A DNA stretch of 64,000 bases, taken from NCBI GenBank assembly GCA_025612375.1, contig JAAXKN010000010.1, positions 53,794-117,793 of the forward strand, in the 5' to 3' direction. The translations under genes and the position numbers were made by a program. The notes under the pieces were generated by a model. It was given only the letters and a program-made list of their open reading frames with translations, did not search any database and was not told the DNA's origin. Position 1 is the stretch's first letter. Every line of letters begins with the position of its first letter. The stretch is from Ignavibacteria bacterium. GTDB lineage: Bacteria > Bacteroidota > Ignavibacteria > Ignavibacteriales > SURF-24. Shown here in pieces: positions 28,601-36,935 of the stretch.

Positions 28601-29239
28601 CGGGCGGTCAGGTGTAAGGCCTCTTGATCTGTGAGCCTTTACCATGTTATCGTCTATCATTGCCCTGAGGTCTTCAACAGCAAGCTGTTCAATTTTCATA
28701 ACTTCGTGTGAAGTCCTGAAACCGTCGAAGAAGTGTACAAAAGGAATTCTTGATTCAAGAGAAGCCTTTTGTGATATAAGGGCAAAATCCATTACTTCCT
28801 GAACTGAGTTAGAAGCCAGCATTGCAAATCCGGTCTGGCGTGTAGCCATAACGTCACTGTGGTCGCCAAAAATGGAAAGAGCGGCTGCTGCAAGTGAACG
28901 GGCTGTAACATGGAATACCGTTGGGGTTAATTCCCCTGCAATCTTGTACATATTGGGAATCATTAAAAGCAATCCCTGTGAAGCGGTAAAAGTAGTCGTC
29001 AGAGCGCCGTTCTGCAGTGCTCCGTGGACTGCACCGGAAGCTCCGCCTTCACTCTGCATTTCAGTTACTGAAGGAACTGAGCCCCATATGTTTTTCTTTC
29101 CCTTTGCTGACCATTCATCCGAATGTTCACCCATCGGTGAGGAGGGAGTAATCGGATAAATTGCAATAACTTCATTGACTTGATGCGCCACATAGGCTGC
29201 GGCTTCATTTCCGTCAATGGTTACCTTTTTTCTTTCCAT
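25640..29239 (-). CDS. nifJ: pyruvate:ferredoxin (flavodoxin) oxidoreductase
   Basis: 1199 aa single-chain PFOR. Two ferredoxin-type CxxCxxCxxxCP clusters (CIQCGKCAMVCP, CTGCQLCYEVCP). TPP-binding GGDGW motif. Confidence 0.97.
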   Translation of the reverse strand: MERKKVTIDGNEAAAYVAHQVNEVIAIYPITPSSPMGEHSDEWSAKGKKNIWGSVPSVTEMQSEGGASGAVHGALQNGALTTTFTASQGLLLMIPNMYKIAGELTPTVFHVTARSLAAAALSIFGDHSDVMATRQTGFAMLASNSVQEVMDFALISQKASLESRIPFVHFFDGFRTSHEVMKIEQLAVEDLRAMIDDNMVKAHRSRGLTPDRPVLRGTAQNPDVYFQGRETVNKFYDACPEFVQKAMDKFASLTGRQYNLFDYYGAADATRVIVIMGSGAEAVEETVEYLSSKGEEKIGVLKVRLFRPFSVKNFLAALPKTVEKIAVLDRTKEPGSIGEPLYQDVVTAVAEAMASENAPFAKSPKIVGGRYGLSSKEFTPAMVKAVYDELKKDSPKNHFTVGINDDVTFTSLEFDPSFTTEGKEVHRALFYGLGADGTVGANKNTIKIIGEETDNYAQGYFVYDSKKSGSTTVSHLRFGKKPIKSSYLVQKATFIGVHQFNFLEKFDILKNIEPNGTLLLNSPYSKETVWSKLPKTVQEQIIAKKLNFYVIDGYDVAKKTGMGTRINTIMQTCFFAISGVLPKDEAIEQIKKSIKKTYGKKGDEIVKKNFEAVDQTLAHLYKIDVPAQAESQIALPPTVSEKAPDYVKTVLAKIMEGNGDEIKVSEMPVDGTFPTGTTQWEKRNIALDVPVWDESICIQCGKCAMVCPHAAIRTKVYDAELLKDAPATFKHMEAKGKEYPANSAYTIQVSVEDCTGCQLCYEVCPVKNKTEVKLKALNMADQLPLRETESKNWEFFVNLPEFDRRKAALNTVKGCQLLQPLFEFSGACTGCGETPYVKLTSQLFGDRMVVANATGCSSIYGGNLPTTPWAKNKEGRGPAWANSLFEDNAEFGLGMKLAVDKHTQYATELVVRLKEQIGNEFADALLNADQKDETGIYDQRERVAKLKEVLKSIKTPEAEDLLSLADYLVKKSVWIMGGDGWAYDIGYGGLDHVLASGKNVNVLVLDTEVYSNTGGQMSKSTSLGAVAKFAAGGKPTAKKDLALMAMSYGNVYVAKVAMGANDLQTIRAFQEAEAYDGPSLIIAYSHCIAHGIDMAKGLDSQKAAVESGHWPLFRYNPELAAEGKNPLKIDSKAPKIKVEEYAYKETRYTMLKKSNPEESKRLLALAQAEVEKKWRYYEQLASSTGNGEAKPEVKAETKA

Positions 29240-29592
29240 TTATTTAACTCCAAAATATTTTAAATAATACATAAAATCCTAATTAGGAAAGCGTAGACGA
29301 TTCCCCATTTGCCCTTTTTTATATCAAAAATTAAGCCATTCCCCTTCTACTTTGACAAATGTTGAAAAACAGCCTGCTTTGCCGCTTTTAATTCTCAGTT
29401 CTTATCAATAATATCTTTTATGTGAAAAAACGGCATAAATAAATCTTAAAAATAGTAATTAATGAGGCTGAAATGTTTAAAAATTCTATAATCTGATAAT
29501 TCATCCTATTATCTCTATCCCATGAAATCCTTCTGTCTTGATTTATATTCCGGAGGGCTATATTATTCATTATAACCACTATTGGAGAAGTA

Positions 29593-29952
29593 ATGCCGAG
29601 AAGAGAAATACCCCGCGAAAACTGGATGAGTTTTTTTACTGATTTTAACAAAAGCCACAAAGAACAGATAGTTAAAATTGAAATTACAGATGATGAGGAC
29701 TACAGGGTGGACTATGCTGAAAGCCTCCCCTTCCAGGGCTTGGAAATCACTTCTGTAGACGAGGAAAACACATCCGTAACCGTCTCAGCAGGAGCATCTT
29801 CTTCCTTTACCCATGTAATTGACAATGCCAGGAGCGTAATAATTGAGGAACATGAGGATCATTCCCCAAAAGCACTGCAGGTTAAATCCTCTCTCGGAAG
29901 GAGTGCTATTGTAAGGTTTCATCCTGTAAGCCCTGATGAGAATGTACGCTGA
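29593..29952 (+). CDS. small acidic protein, DUF5335-like
   Basis: 119 aa. N-terminus REIPRENWMSFFTDFNKSH resembles DUF5335-type proteins. GGAGAAG RBS. Confidence 0.55.
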   Translation: MPRREIPRENWMSFFTDFNKSHKEQIVKIEITDDEDYRVDYAESLPFQGLEITSVDEENTSVTVSAGASSSFTHVIDNARSVIIEEHEDHSPKALQVKSSLGRSAIVRFHPVSPDENVR

Positions 29953-29986
29953 GGCTCCCAGTTTATAAATAAATTACCGGAATTTT

Positions 29987-31294
29987 ATGAAGGATGTTAT
30001 AGAAAGCAGGAAATATGATGCTCCAACACCTGCAAATGAAACTGAATCGGGATTCAGGAAAATTTTTAAGAAATTAGGGCCGGGACTTATAACGGGAGCT
30101 TCCGATGACGACCCAAGCGGAATTGCCACCTATAGCCAGATTGGCGCGCACTTCGGCTTCAGCATGCTCTGGACAATACTTCTTTCCTATCCTCTTATGG
30201 GCGCCATTCAGGAGATCAGTGCACGCATTGGACGCGTTACGGGCCGCGGCATTGCGGGCAATATCAGAAAGTATTACTCCAGATGGCTCGCCTTTCTAAT
30301 TGTGGGACTCATGGTAACGGCAAACATTATAAACATTGGAGCCGATATTGCTGCCATGGGAAGCTCTCTTAAGCTCTTAATCGGGGGGCCGGCACTCCTT
30401 TATTCAGCCGTTTTCTCTCTTATTTCAATATACCTGCAGATTTTTATCCCCTACTCAAAATATGTACGCTATCTGAAATGGCTTACAATGTCACTTTTTG
30501 CTTACATAATTACTGTAATGATAGTAAAAGTGCCATGGGGCACCACAATTTTTAATACCTTTATACCCAACTTCTCACTTAATCCGGTTTACCTTACTTC
30601 TTTAATTGCGGTTCTGGGCACTACAATAAGCCCTTATCTTTTTTTCTGGCAGGCAAGCCAGGAGGTGGAAGAAATTAAAACAAAAGATGAGGATGAGGCC
30701 CTGAAGAAAGCTCCCGAGCAGGCCCAGGGGCAGATAAAGAGGATAAAAATTGACACCTACATTGGCATGGCGTTCTCAAACCTGGTTTCTTATTTCATAA
30801 TTCTTGCCTCAGCCGTAACACTCCATTTAAAGCATGTAACTGAAATCAATACGGCTGCCGATGCAGCCGCGGCCCTTAAGCCTCTTGCCGGTGAATTTTC
30901 ATTCCTCCTTTTCAGCGCGGGAATAATCGGAACGGGACTTCTGGCCATTCCGGTTTTAGCCGGAAGTGCGGCTTATGCCGTCGGTGAGGCTTTCCGCTGG
31001 AAGATCGGCCTGGAGCAAAAGCCCAGGAGGGCAAGGAACTTTTATTCCGTACTGGCCCTTTCTATCATCCTTGGCCTTGCAATCGATTTCACCCCGATTA
31101 ACCCTATAAAAGCTCTTTTCTGGGCTGCCGTGATAAATGGAATAACAGCGGGCCCTGTAATGATAATGCTGATGCTGATGTCGGCAAACAAGAAGGTCAT
31201 GGGGGACTTTACAATTTCAAGAGGGCTTAAGGTGATGGGATGGCTTTCCACGCTTGTAATGATCCTGGCTTCGGTGGGATTATTCCTTACATGA
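29987..31294 (+). CDS. divergent NRAMP/SLC11-related transporter
   Basis: 435 aa, about 11 TM segments. GPGLITGASDDDPSGIATYSQ aligns to the NRAMP TM1 motif but has DPSG instead of DPGN. The TM6 region reads ISPYLFFWQAS instead of MPHNLYLHS. Confidence 0.8.
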   Translation: MKDVIESRKYDAPTPANETESGFRKIFKKLGPGLITGASDDDPSGIATYSQIGAHFGFSMLWTILLSYPLMGAIQEISARIGRVTGRGIAGNIRKYYSRWLAFLIVGLMVTANIINIGADIAAMGSSLKLLIGGPALLYSAVFSLISIYLQIFIPYSKYVRYLKWLTMSLFAYIITVMIVKVPWGTTIFNTFIPNFSLNPVYLTSLIAVLGTTISPYLFFWQASQEVEEIKTKDEDEALKKAPEQAQGQIKRIKIDTYIGMAFSNLVSYFIILASAVTLHLKHVTEINTAADAAAALKPLAGEFSFLLFSAGIIGTGLLAIPVLAGSAAYAVGEAFRWKIGLEQKPRRARNFYSVLALSIILGLAIDFTPINPIKALFWAAVINGITAGPVMIMLMLMSANKKVMGDFTISRGLKVMGWLSTLVMILASVGLFLT

Positions 31295-31325
31295 ACCCGG
31301 CCTTATTTGTTACGGACCGGGTTTT
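31294..31325 (+). terminator. terminator-like hairpin after the NRAMP-like gene
   Basis: AACCCGG (31294..31300) pairs with CCGGGTT (31317..31323), followed by TT. Confidence 0.45.
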
Positions 31326-31421
31326 CCAGTACAAGATTTGTCTTCAGGAAACCCGGTTTATTCCACTCAAGAGTAACACTATTTTGAATTTGCACTCTTA
31401 AGATTCATTACCGGGGTAAAA

Positions 31422-31820
31422 TTACCATTGCACATGTATTTCTTTGGAGTAATTCCCACGTATATTTTTGTTGAATGAAGCGACCTGATAATAGTAAGTA
31501 ACTCCGGAATGTACCTGGAACCGGTCAAAATAAGTTGTGGTCTTTGCCGGCACCTGGGCAATTTTCACTAAATCCCCTATTATTCCCTTTCTGCTGAATA
31601 TCCTGAATCCATCTTCTTTCAGGCTGTTGGATTTCCAGGAAAGCATTATACCGGAATCCGCCATAACAGTTGCCGTAAGGGAGCTGGGAGCCTGGGGTTC
31701 GTATATGCTTGAAAAAGGATCATTTAAATTGTTGTAAACAACCCCGTTGTCATCGGTACAGCTTAAGCCAGCAAAGGCAAGAGCCAGTATCCCAAGGGAT
31801 AAAAGAAATTTAATTTTCAT
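31422..31820 (-). CDS. small lipoprotein with a fibronectin type III-like domain
   Basis: Signal peptide ending AGLSC. FN3-like pattern (LTATV...MLSWKSNS...GFRIFSRK...TYYYQVASFN). Confidence 0.65.
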   Translation of the reverse strand: MKIKFLLSLGILALAFAGLSCTDDNGVVYNNLNDPFSSIYEPQAPSSLTATVMADSGIMLSWKSNSLKEDGFRIFSRKGIIGDLVKIAQVPAKTTTYFDRFQVHSGVTYYYQVASFNKNIRGNYSKEIHVQW

Positions 31821-31837
31821 ACTGCTTTTTAATAATG

Positions 31838-33013
31838 TTAAAAATGTAAATTTACTCCCATTTCGATATTTTCCAGGCTGCCGTACTTCTCCAGCCCCTC
31901 ATAAGGAAGTATCGTTCTCTTGATATAAAACCGCTGTTCTTTTGAATGAAAGATCAGCGCATCTAAAATCGTAAGACCATATGCAGCACCTAAGGCTGCG
32001 ATGGATATAGAGACCTTGTTCTTTGCTGTTGTCAGATCACTGGATGCTCTTGTTAATTTTTCCCTTGCTAAAAATGCACCAGCTTCAGTTTCTGCAAGAC
32101 TATATTCCAGTGTGGCCAGGTCAAGATCAGTTTTCTTCCTGTTTTTAGCGTCATTTGCCAAACAGACAAGGTAGCCCATTCCGGCTGTGCTTAAGAATTC
32201 AAGTGATCCTTTAAGGTAGCTTCCATCCAGAAACTGTCCCAGACCAGGCAACACTGCAGATAGTAATGCAGCCTTTACCGAATAGCCCTCCAGCGGGGCA
32301 GTCACTTCACTCTCGACTCTGGGTGCAATGTATATACGCTCCTGAATTGATCTGTCTATGGCAGGACTAAATACCCTTAGATCGTGCTCACCAGCCGGCA
32401 GCTTTAGTTTTGACACTCTGTCCGGGCTCATTTTTACATTGTCAATAAAGACCTCAGCACCTGAAGGCGGAACATTCAAACTAAGGAAACCGAAATTTGG
32501 TATAAGTAAGAGCTTGAGTGCTGCATTATCTCCCGGCCTCAAAGTTAAATTCATGGATAAATCCTCATAGCCGTCGAGGGAAACTCTCAGGCGATGTTTA
32601 CCTGAGGAAAGCAGGAAATCATTTACCGGGGACTTGCCTGTATATGAGCTGTCAATAAAGATACTCGCATTGGCTGGAACTGTAGTAAGCTTAAACTTTG
32701 GAACTGCGTATAACGAATCGTCTATTGTCCTGGTCTGTGCTCCACGAATCTCTACGGAATTGAAGGAGGATTCAAATCCATCCTTAAGAAGGTTAAGCGA
32801 GTATTTACCAGCCGGAAGTACAAGTTTCAAAGGGGTAACTCCCCTAAGAGAACCGTCGATAAAAACTCTGGCTTCAGCAGGGCGGCTTTTTATCGTAATA
32901 CTGCCAAGCGTTGAATCAATAACTGTGGATGAAACATTCTGTGAATCCTGCGGCAAAGCCCTGCTTTGGAAAAGGAGCAGGAGTAAGAATACAGAAAAAA
33001 AGCGGTTTAACAT
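31838..33013 (-). CDS. PEGA-domain protein with DUF5683-like C-terminal membrane region
   Basis: Signal peptide. About four PEGA-like repeats (ARVFIDGSLRGVTPL, ASIFIDSSYTGKSPV, AEVFIDNVKMSP). LPGLGQF motif in the C-terminal part. Confidence 0.75.
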   Translation of the reverse strand: MLNRFFSVFLLLLLFQSRALPQDSQNVSSTVIDSTLGSITIKSRPAEARVFIDGSLRGVTPLKLVLPAGKYSLNLLKDGFESSFNSVEIRGAQTRTIDDSLYAVPKFKLTTVPANASIFIDSSYTGKSPVNDFLLSSGKHRLRVSLDGYEDLSMNLTLRPGDNAALKLLLIPNFGFLSLNVPPSGAEVFIDNVKMSPDRVSKLKLPAGEHDLRVFSPAIDRSIQERIYIAPRVESEVTAPLEGYSVKAALLSAVLPGLGQFLDGSYLKGSLEFLSTAGMGYLVCLANDAKNRKKTDLDLATLEYSLAETEAGAFLAREKLTRASSDLTTAKNKVSISIAALGAAYGLTILDALIFHSKEQRFYIKRTILPYEGLEKYGSLENIEMGVNLHF

Positions 33014-33148
33014 TACTCTTCCTGTTAAATATTATTGAGTAAAATTTTCGGCAAAAGTGACTGTGAAAATAAAAATTCCATACGAAAGTTACAATTAGTT
33101 TTTGGGCACTTCCAGAAAGATGCATTTGCAGAATGAGGCATTTACAGA

Positions 33149-33769
33149 CTAATGACCCGGGTCTTTTGCAGGAATACTTTTTTTATTCAGCCAGTAATTC
33201 CTAAGAAGTATAACGCCTGTTATTACGATAATAAGTACAATTGAAGAAATTATTATATGACGATGAATGGCTTCCATAACCTTCTGCCACTTTTCACCGA
33301 AGAAATATCCAATGGAGATAAAGGTGGAGGCCCAGATAAATCCCCCCGCATAAGTGTAGAGGGCGAATTCCGGATAATTCATTTTTGTTGATCCGGCAAG
33401 AAGAGATATTACGTGCCTTACGCCGGGAATGAAATACCCGAATAACAGTGCCCACTTCCCTATCTTCTTAAACCACACATGAGCCTTCTCCAGGCGCTCC
33501 TTTGTTATATGTATGTAGTGCCCGTATTTTTCTAAGAACACCTTTCCGAAGCCCCGCCCGATAAAGTAGCTGATGGTGATCCCTGTTATACTTCCTAGAA
33601 AACCTGAGAAGAATACCGGAATAAGTGAAAGCTCCCCCTTAAATGCCAGAAAACCCGAGAGTGCAAGAAGGGTTTCATCCGGAACAGGAACTCCTACAAT
33701 TCCCAGCATTAAGAGCACGTAAATGCCTCCATACCCGTAATGCTGGATCCAGTAGTTTATGGTTTCCAT
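33149..33769 (-). CDS. DedA-family membrane protein
   Basis: 206 aa, with typical DedA/SNARE-associated patterns (GVPVPDETLL, FIPGVRH). Confidence 0.85.
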   Translation of the reverse strand: METINYWIQHYGYGGIYVLLMLGIVGVPVPDETLLALSGFLAFKGELSLIPVFFSGFLGSITGITISYFIGRGFGKVFLEKYGHYIHITKERLEKAHVWFKKIGKWALLFGYFIPGVRHVISLLAGSTKMNYPEFALYTYAGGFIWASTFISIGYFFGEKWQKVMEAIHRHIIISSIVLIIVITGVILLRNYWLNKKSIPAKDPGH

Positions 33770-33776
33770 AAAATAT

Positions 33777-36518
33777 TTATTTTAGTAAGATGAGGCGCAT
33801 GCTGTCTAAAAGTGCACCGTTTACATCTACATTCATATTATCATCATATTCGCTGAATTTCAATGTCAGAATATGCCTGCCCTTTGACAACTCCGCTTTC
33901 AGTGAGTTTGTAAAGCCCCAGTCAGTCCAAAGATTGTCCCCCCTCTGCGGCATAACTACAGCACCCATAGTCCTGCCGTCAACAACAAGAGTCCTTATGG
34001 CACATTTGTTTTCCGTATTAATGGGGCCGTTTCCATTGGCATACCTGAAATCTATGCTGTAGAGTCCGGCTTCAGGCAAATCAACCTCAAAGCTGACTTC
34101 CCTGTTTTTACTTTTATCCAGCACCAGATAACCCGTGCCCGTAAAGCCTGAGTACTTACTCCCCTCCCTATCTGCTGTATTATCCACTGCCTGACTTTCT
34201 TCTGCCTGGAAAGTATATATTTCCCCTTCAGGTGAAATGGTAATTGTAACCGGGGCGCTAAGAAATGATTCAAGTCCGTTTTTGTCGACAGCCTTTACCT
34301 GATATTCCATATAAGGATCGTTTGGTTTTACCTCAAACTCTGTCTTATCAGTATTAAATGCCTCACTCCCGTTTTTACAGACTACATACCGGATAGCCCC
34401 ACCAGTCCTGTTCCAGCTTAATTTTGTATCTTCATATTTAACCGCCGGAATCTCAGGCGCAAAGGCTACATCCTGCATGTTTACTTTCCCACCTTCAGGC
34501 AAACTGTTATTCATGAATATTTCAAGTCTATGACTACCGCTTAAAGAAGCCGGAATTGCTGCCTCAGAATAAGGCCTTCCGTCAAGCCTTACAGAGGCGA
34601 TCTTATTGCCATAGCCTTCAACTGAAACCTCAAGAGCTGCACTGCGGTACTTAAGATTTTTGAGTGTTCTTTGGCCTTCATATTCTTTGGGTATAAAAGG
34701 CATGAATACGAGTGAATCGGCAGTAAAGCGCATCCCATAGATCACTCTATAGGTCAAAGCAAGGTTGCCTGAAAGACTCCAGAGCTGGCGGTCGGAATTT
34801 ATTTCCGTCCCCAGGAAGTCCCCCGTTTGGGCTACAAGGTTTTCCTTGTTTGTAAGGAAAAGTGCCGCAGGCCTGTATACAGACGCCATTGCGCCTAAGA
34901 CTGACTGATTGTTCCCCGTTTTGGCCGAGGCCCATGCCCAGAACGACTCGACAAAAGGCCACACGGAATTGTTATGATAAGGCGGCATGTCAGGTATTTC
35001 CGGATAAATGCACGGAAGGCCGAAGGGTGTAACCGGTACATTCTGAATGATTTTTTTCTGCCTTTGGGGAGTGCCTGCGCCATCAAAGATCACGCTTAAA
35101 GCCTCACCCAGGGCTTCACTTTTTGGAGACAGGCTTAAATAGTTCCTTCCATAGAGGTACTGCCCGTAGTAGCCTTTATCCTCCATCCAGAGATACCTGT
35201 TTATTCCATCTTTTATTCCTGCAGCAGTACTATCATATTTTTCTGTTGCTTCACCAAGGAGCTTTGCCATTTCAGAAAGGATGCGGTAGGTCTCGTAATG
35301 GACCATATTTGTGCCGAGGTTTTTCGATTTATAAATATCTTTGGGATCCATCCACCTTGGATATGTCTGCTCGCGCCAGTCGAGAAAAGAAGATTCCCCC
35401 ATAAAAAGTCCTGTTGAGGTGTCGAGCACATTTTCAAGGTCGGCCCCGGCAGACTTCTTTATTATTTCGAAAGAAGTTTTAAGCCACTGTTTATCCCCTG
35501 TAGTCTTATAGACTTCCCAGGCTGCAAGGGCCCATGTCATCCTGTCCGATGAGACCGGCCAGGCTCCTCCGGTTCCTGTATCCTGAATAATAATTCCGTT
35601 TTTAACTTTTGCCATAAGGCTCGTCTTTGAGGCATCGGGGTTAACAATTGCCATTGAGAGCAGAATGCTGTAGCTGATGTCGCGTGTCCAGACACCGGTC
35701 CACTGTGCGCCTGCCATAAAAGCCCCGTCTTCTCTTACGTCCTCAAGCATCTCCTCCATTGCCTTGTTATAAAGTGCGTCGATTAAAATGTCGGGCGACT
35801 CATAGGAAGGAAATCGTGAAATGTCCTTTGAAAGCTTCCACGATTTAACGGCACTTTTTTCTTCAGAAGAATATTCTTTTGGAAAATGTATTGTAACTTC
35901 ATAGATCCCGTCGCCATCCGGATCCTTCAGGCTCATTTCCGGATGATCCGGAAGTGCCGGGAAATTCCAGTTGAGAGGTTCGTTTGCTCCTGCAACGTAA
36001 ACTGCCTTAAAGCTTTCAGCCGGAAGCTTTGCCTTGTCGTATGTCTCAAAATATCCTTTTTTCTTAAAGTCACTTAAAACTTCCCTCATATCCAGGCGTA
36101 TTACAAGATCCTTGTCTTCATCCAGGTAAGGGTTCAAAGGATCAATCTTACTCCTTTTTTCAAGTTTATCGTGTGTAATTCCTGTATCAGGCTTGCCGAA
36201 CGAAAAGTAGGCCGTATCTTTCCGGACCCCAGGGATTAAAATGAAGTGGTGATCCTGCCCCGGGGCCCTTTCATTATCCGGGCCGTTGATACTGAACTTC
36301 ATTACAACTGTTCTCTGGGTTTTCTTCCTGAAGCTGCTTTTGTAATCGGAGATCAGTTCATTCCTCGTTTTAGCCAGTGCAGTAAATCCGTTCTGCACCA
36401 CCCTGTCGGAATAAACGCTGTACGTATCCGACTTATATAATTGCCTTTGCGCCGGAACAGAGGTAAATAAAAAAAGTATGATAAAACTGGAAAGTAACGG
36501 CCTATAGAGTAACCGCAT
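33777..36518 (-). CDS. secreted (alpha/alpha)6-barrel glycoside hydrolase (GH15/GH63/debranching-enzyme-like) with C-terminal CBM6/35-like module
   Basis: Signal peptide. WTRD and GESSFLDWREQ motifs in the central barrel-like region. C-terminal ~130 aa resemble CBM6 (YSGFTGTGYLV...YSIDFRYANG...WTDWG). Confidence 0.7.
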   Translation of the reverse strand: MRLLYRPLLSSFIILFLFTSVPAQRQLYKSDTYSVYSDRVVQNGFTALAKTRNELISDYKSSFRKKTQRTVVMKFSINGPDNERAPGQDHHFILIPGVRKDTAYFSFGKPDTGITHDKLEKRSKIDPLNPYLDEDKDLVIRLDMREVLSDFKKKGYFETYDKAKLPAESFKAVYVAGANEPLNWNFPALPDHPEMSLKDPDGDGIYEVTIHFPKEYSSEEKSAVKSWKLSKDISRFPSYESPDILIDALYNKAMEEMLEDVREDGAFMAGAQWTGVWTRDISYSILLSMAIVNPDASKTSLMAKVKNGIIIQDTGTGGAWPVSSDRMTWALAAWEVYKTTGDKQWLKTSFEIIKKSAGADLENVLDTSTGLFMGESSFLDWREQTYPRWMDPKDIYKSKNLGTNMVHYETYRILSEMAKLLGEATEKYDSTAAGIKDGINRYLWMEDKGYYGQYLYGRNYLSLSPKSEALGEALSVIFDGAGTPQRQKKIIQNVPVTPFGLPCIYPEIPDMPPYHNNSVWPFVESFWAWASAKTGNNQSVLGAMASVYRPAALFLTNKENLVAQTGDFLGTEINSDRQLWSLSGNLALTYRVIYGMRFTADSLVFMPFIPKEYEGQRTLKNLKYRSAALEVSVEGYGNKIASVRLDGRPYSEAAIPASLSGSHRLEIFMNNSLPEGGKVNMQDVAFAPEIPAVKYEDTKLSWNRTGGAIRYVVCKNGSEAFNTDKTEFEVKPNDPYMEYQVKAVDKNGLESFLSAPVTITISPEGEIYTFQAEESQAVDNTADREGSKYSGFTGTGYLVLDKSKNREVSFEVDLPEAGLYSIDFRYANGNGPINTENKCAIRTLVVDGRTMGAVVMPQRGDNLWTDWGFTNSLKAELSKGRHILTLKFSEYDDNMNVDVNGALLDSMRLILLK

Positions 36519-36622
36519 TTAATTCCCCGGGAAATTTCAGGATCTTAATTTTTTTTCCTGCAATTTAGTGATATTAGTGGAATCAGTCACTAAAAATTTG
36601 GAGGCTGCCTTTTTGAGCGGGT

Positions 36623-36808
36623 TCACTTGCCCCGTGTTGCTGCCGTATCGGTTACCGAGGGATTTCCTGAGGTGGCGGGCATCTTTCTTACGGCTACCGG
36701 CTGAGAGACAAAGTAAATTATTATTGCGACCAGAATTATGCACGAAACTATTACGGTAATCCACACCCACAGGCGCGACCTGCTCTGGTTCATATTCATT
36801 GCACTCAT
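36623..36808 (-). CDS. possible small single-pass membrane protein
   Basis: ATG at 36808 preceded by GGGAAG. One strong TM helix (LWVWITVIVSCIILVAIIIYFV). The track ORF starts at an upstream TTG (36850). Confidence 0.3.
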   Translation of the reverse strand: MSAMNMNQSRSRLWVWITVIVSCIILVAIIIYFVSQPVAVRKMPATSGNPSVTDTAATRGK

Positions 36809-36935
36809 ATAATCTTCCCGATTATTCTTACTTAAAGCTGTTAAATTCAATATACCATTCCCTTTTACTATTTCAATCCAACAATTTGTATTCAGGACCG
36901 GGGACTGGGTTCTATGGGTAATCAGAAAAGGAATG

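Noticed and set aside
29240-29592. A possible riboswitch or ncRNA in the long AT-rich divergent region between nifJ and the DUF5335/NRAMP pair, for example a yybP-ykoY Mn riboswitch. This includes the 80-aa ORF 29418..29660.
   Set aside because: No conserved riboswitch core sequences are recognisable and no stable GC-supported helices are present. The region looks like a divergent promoter zone, and the 80-aa ORF is AT-rich, overlaps the DUF5335-like start and has no RBS.
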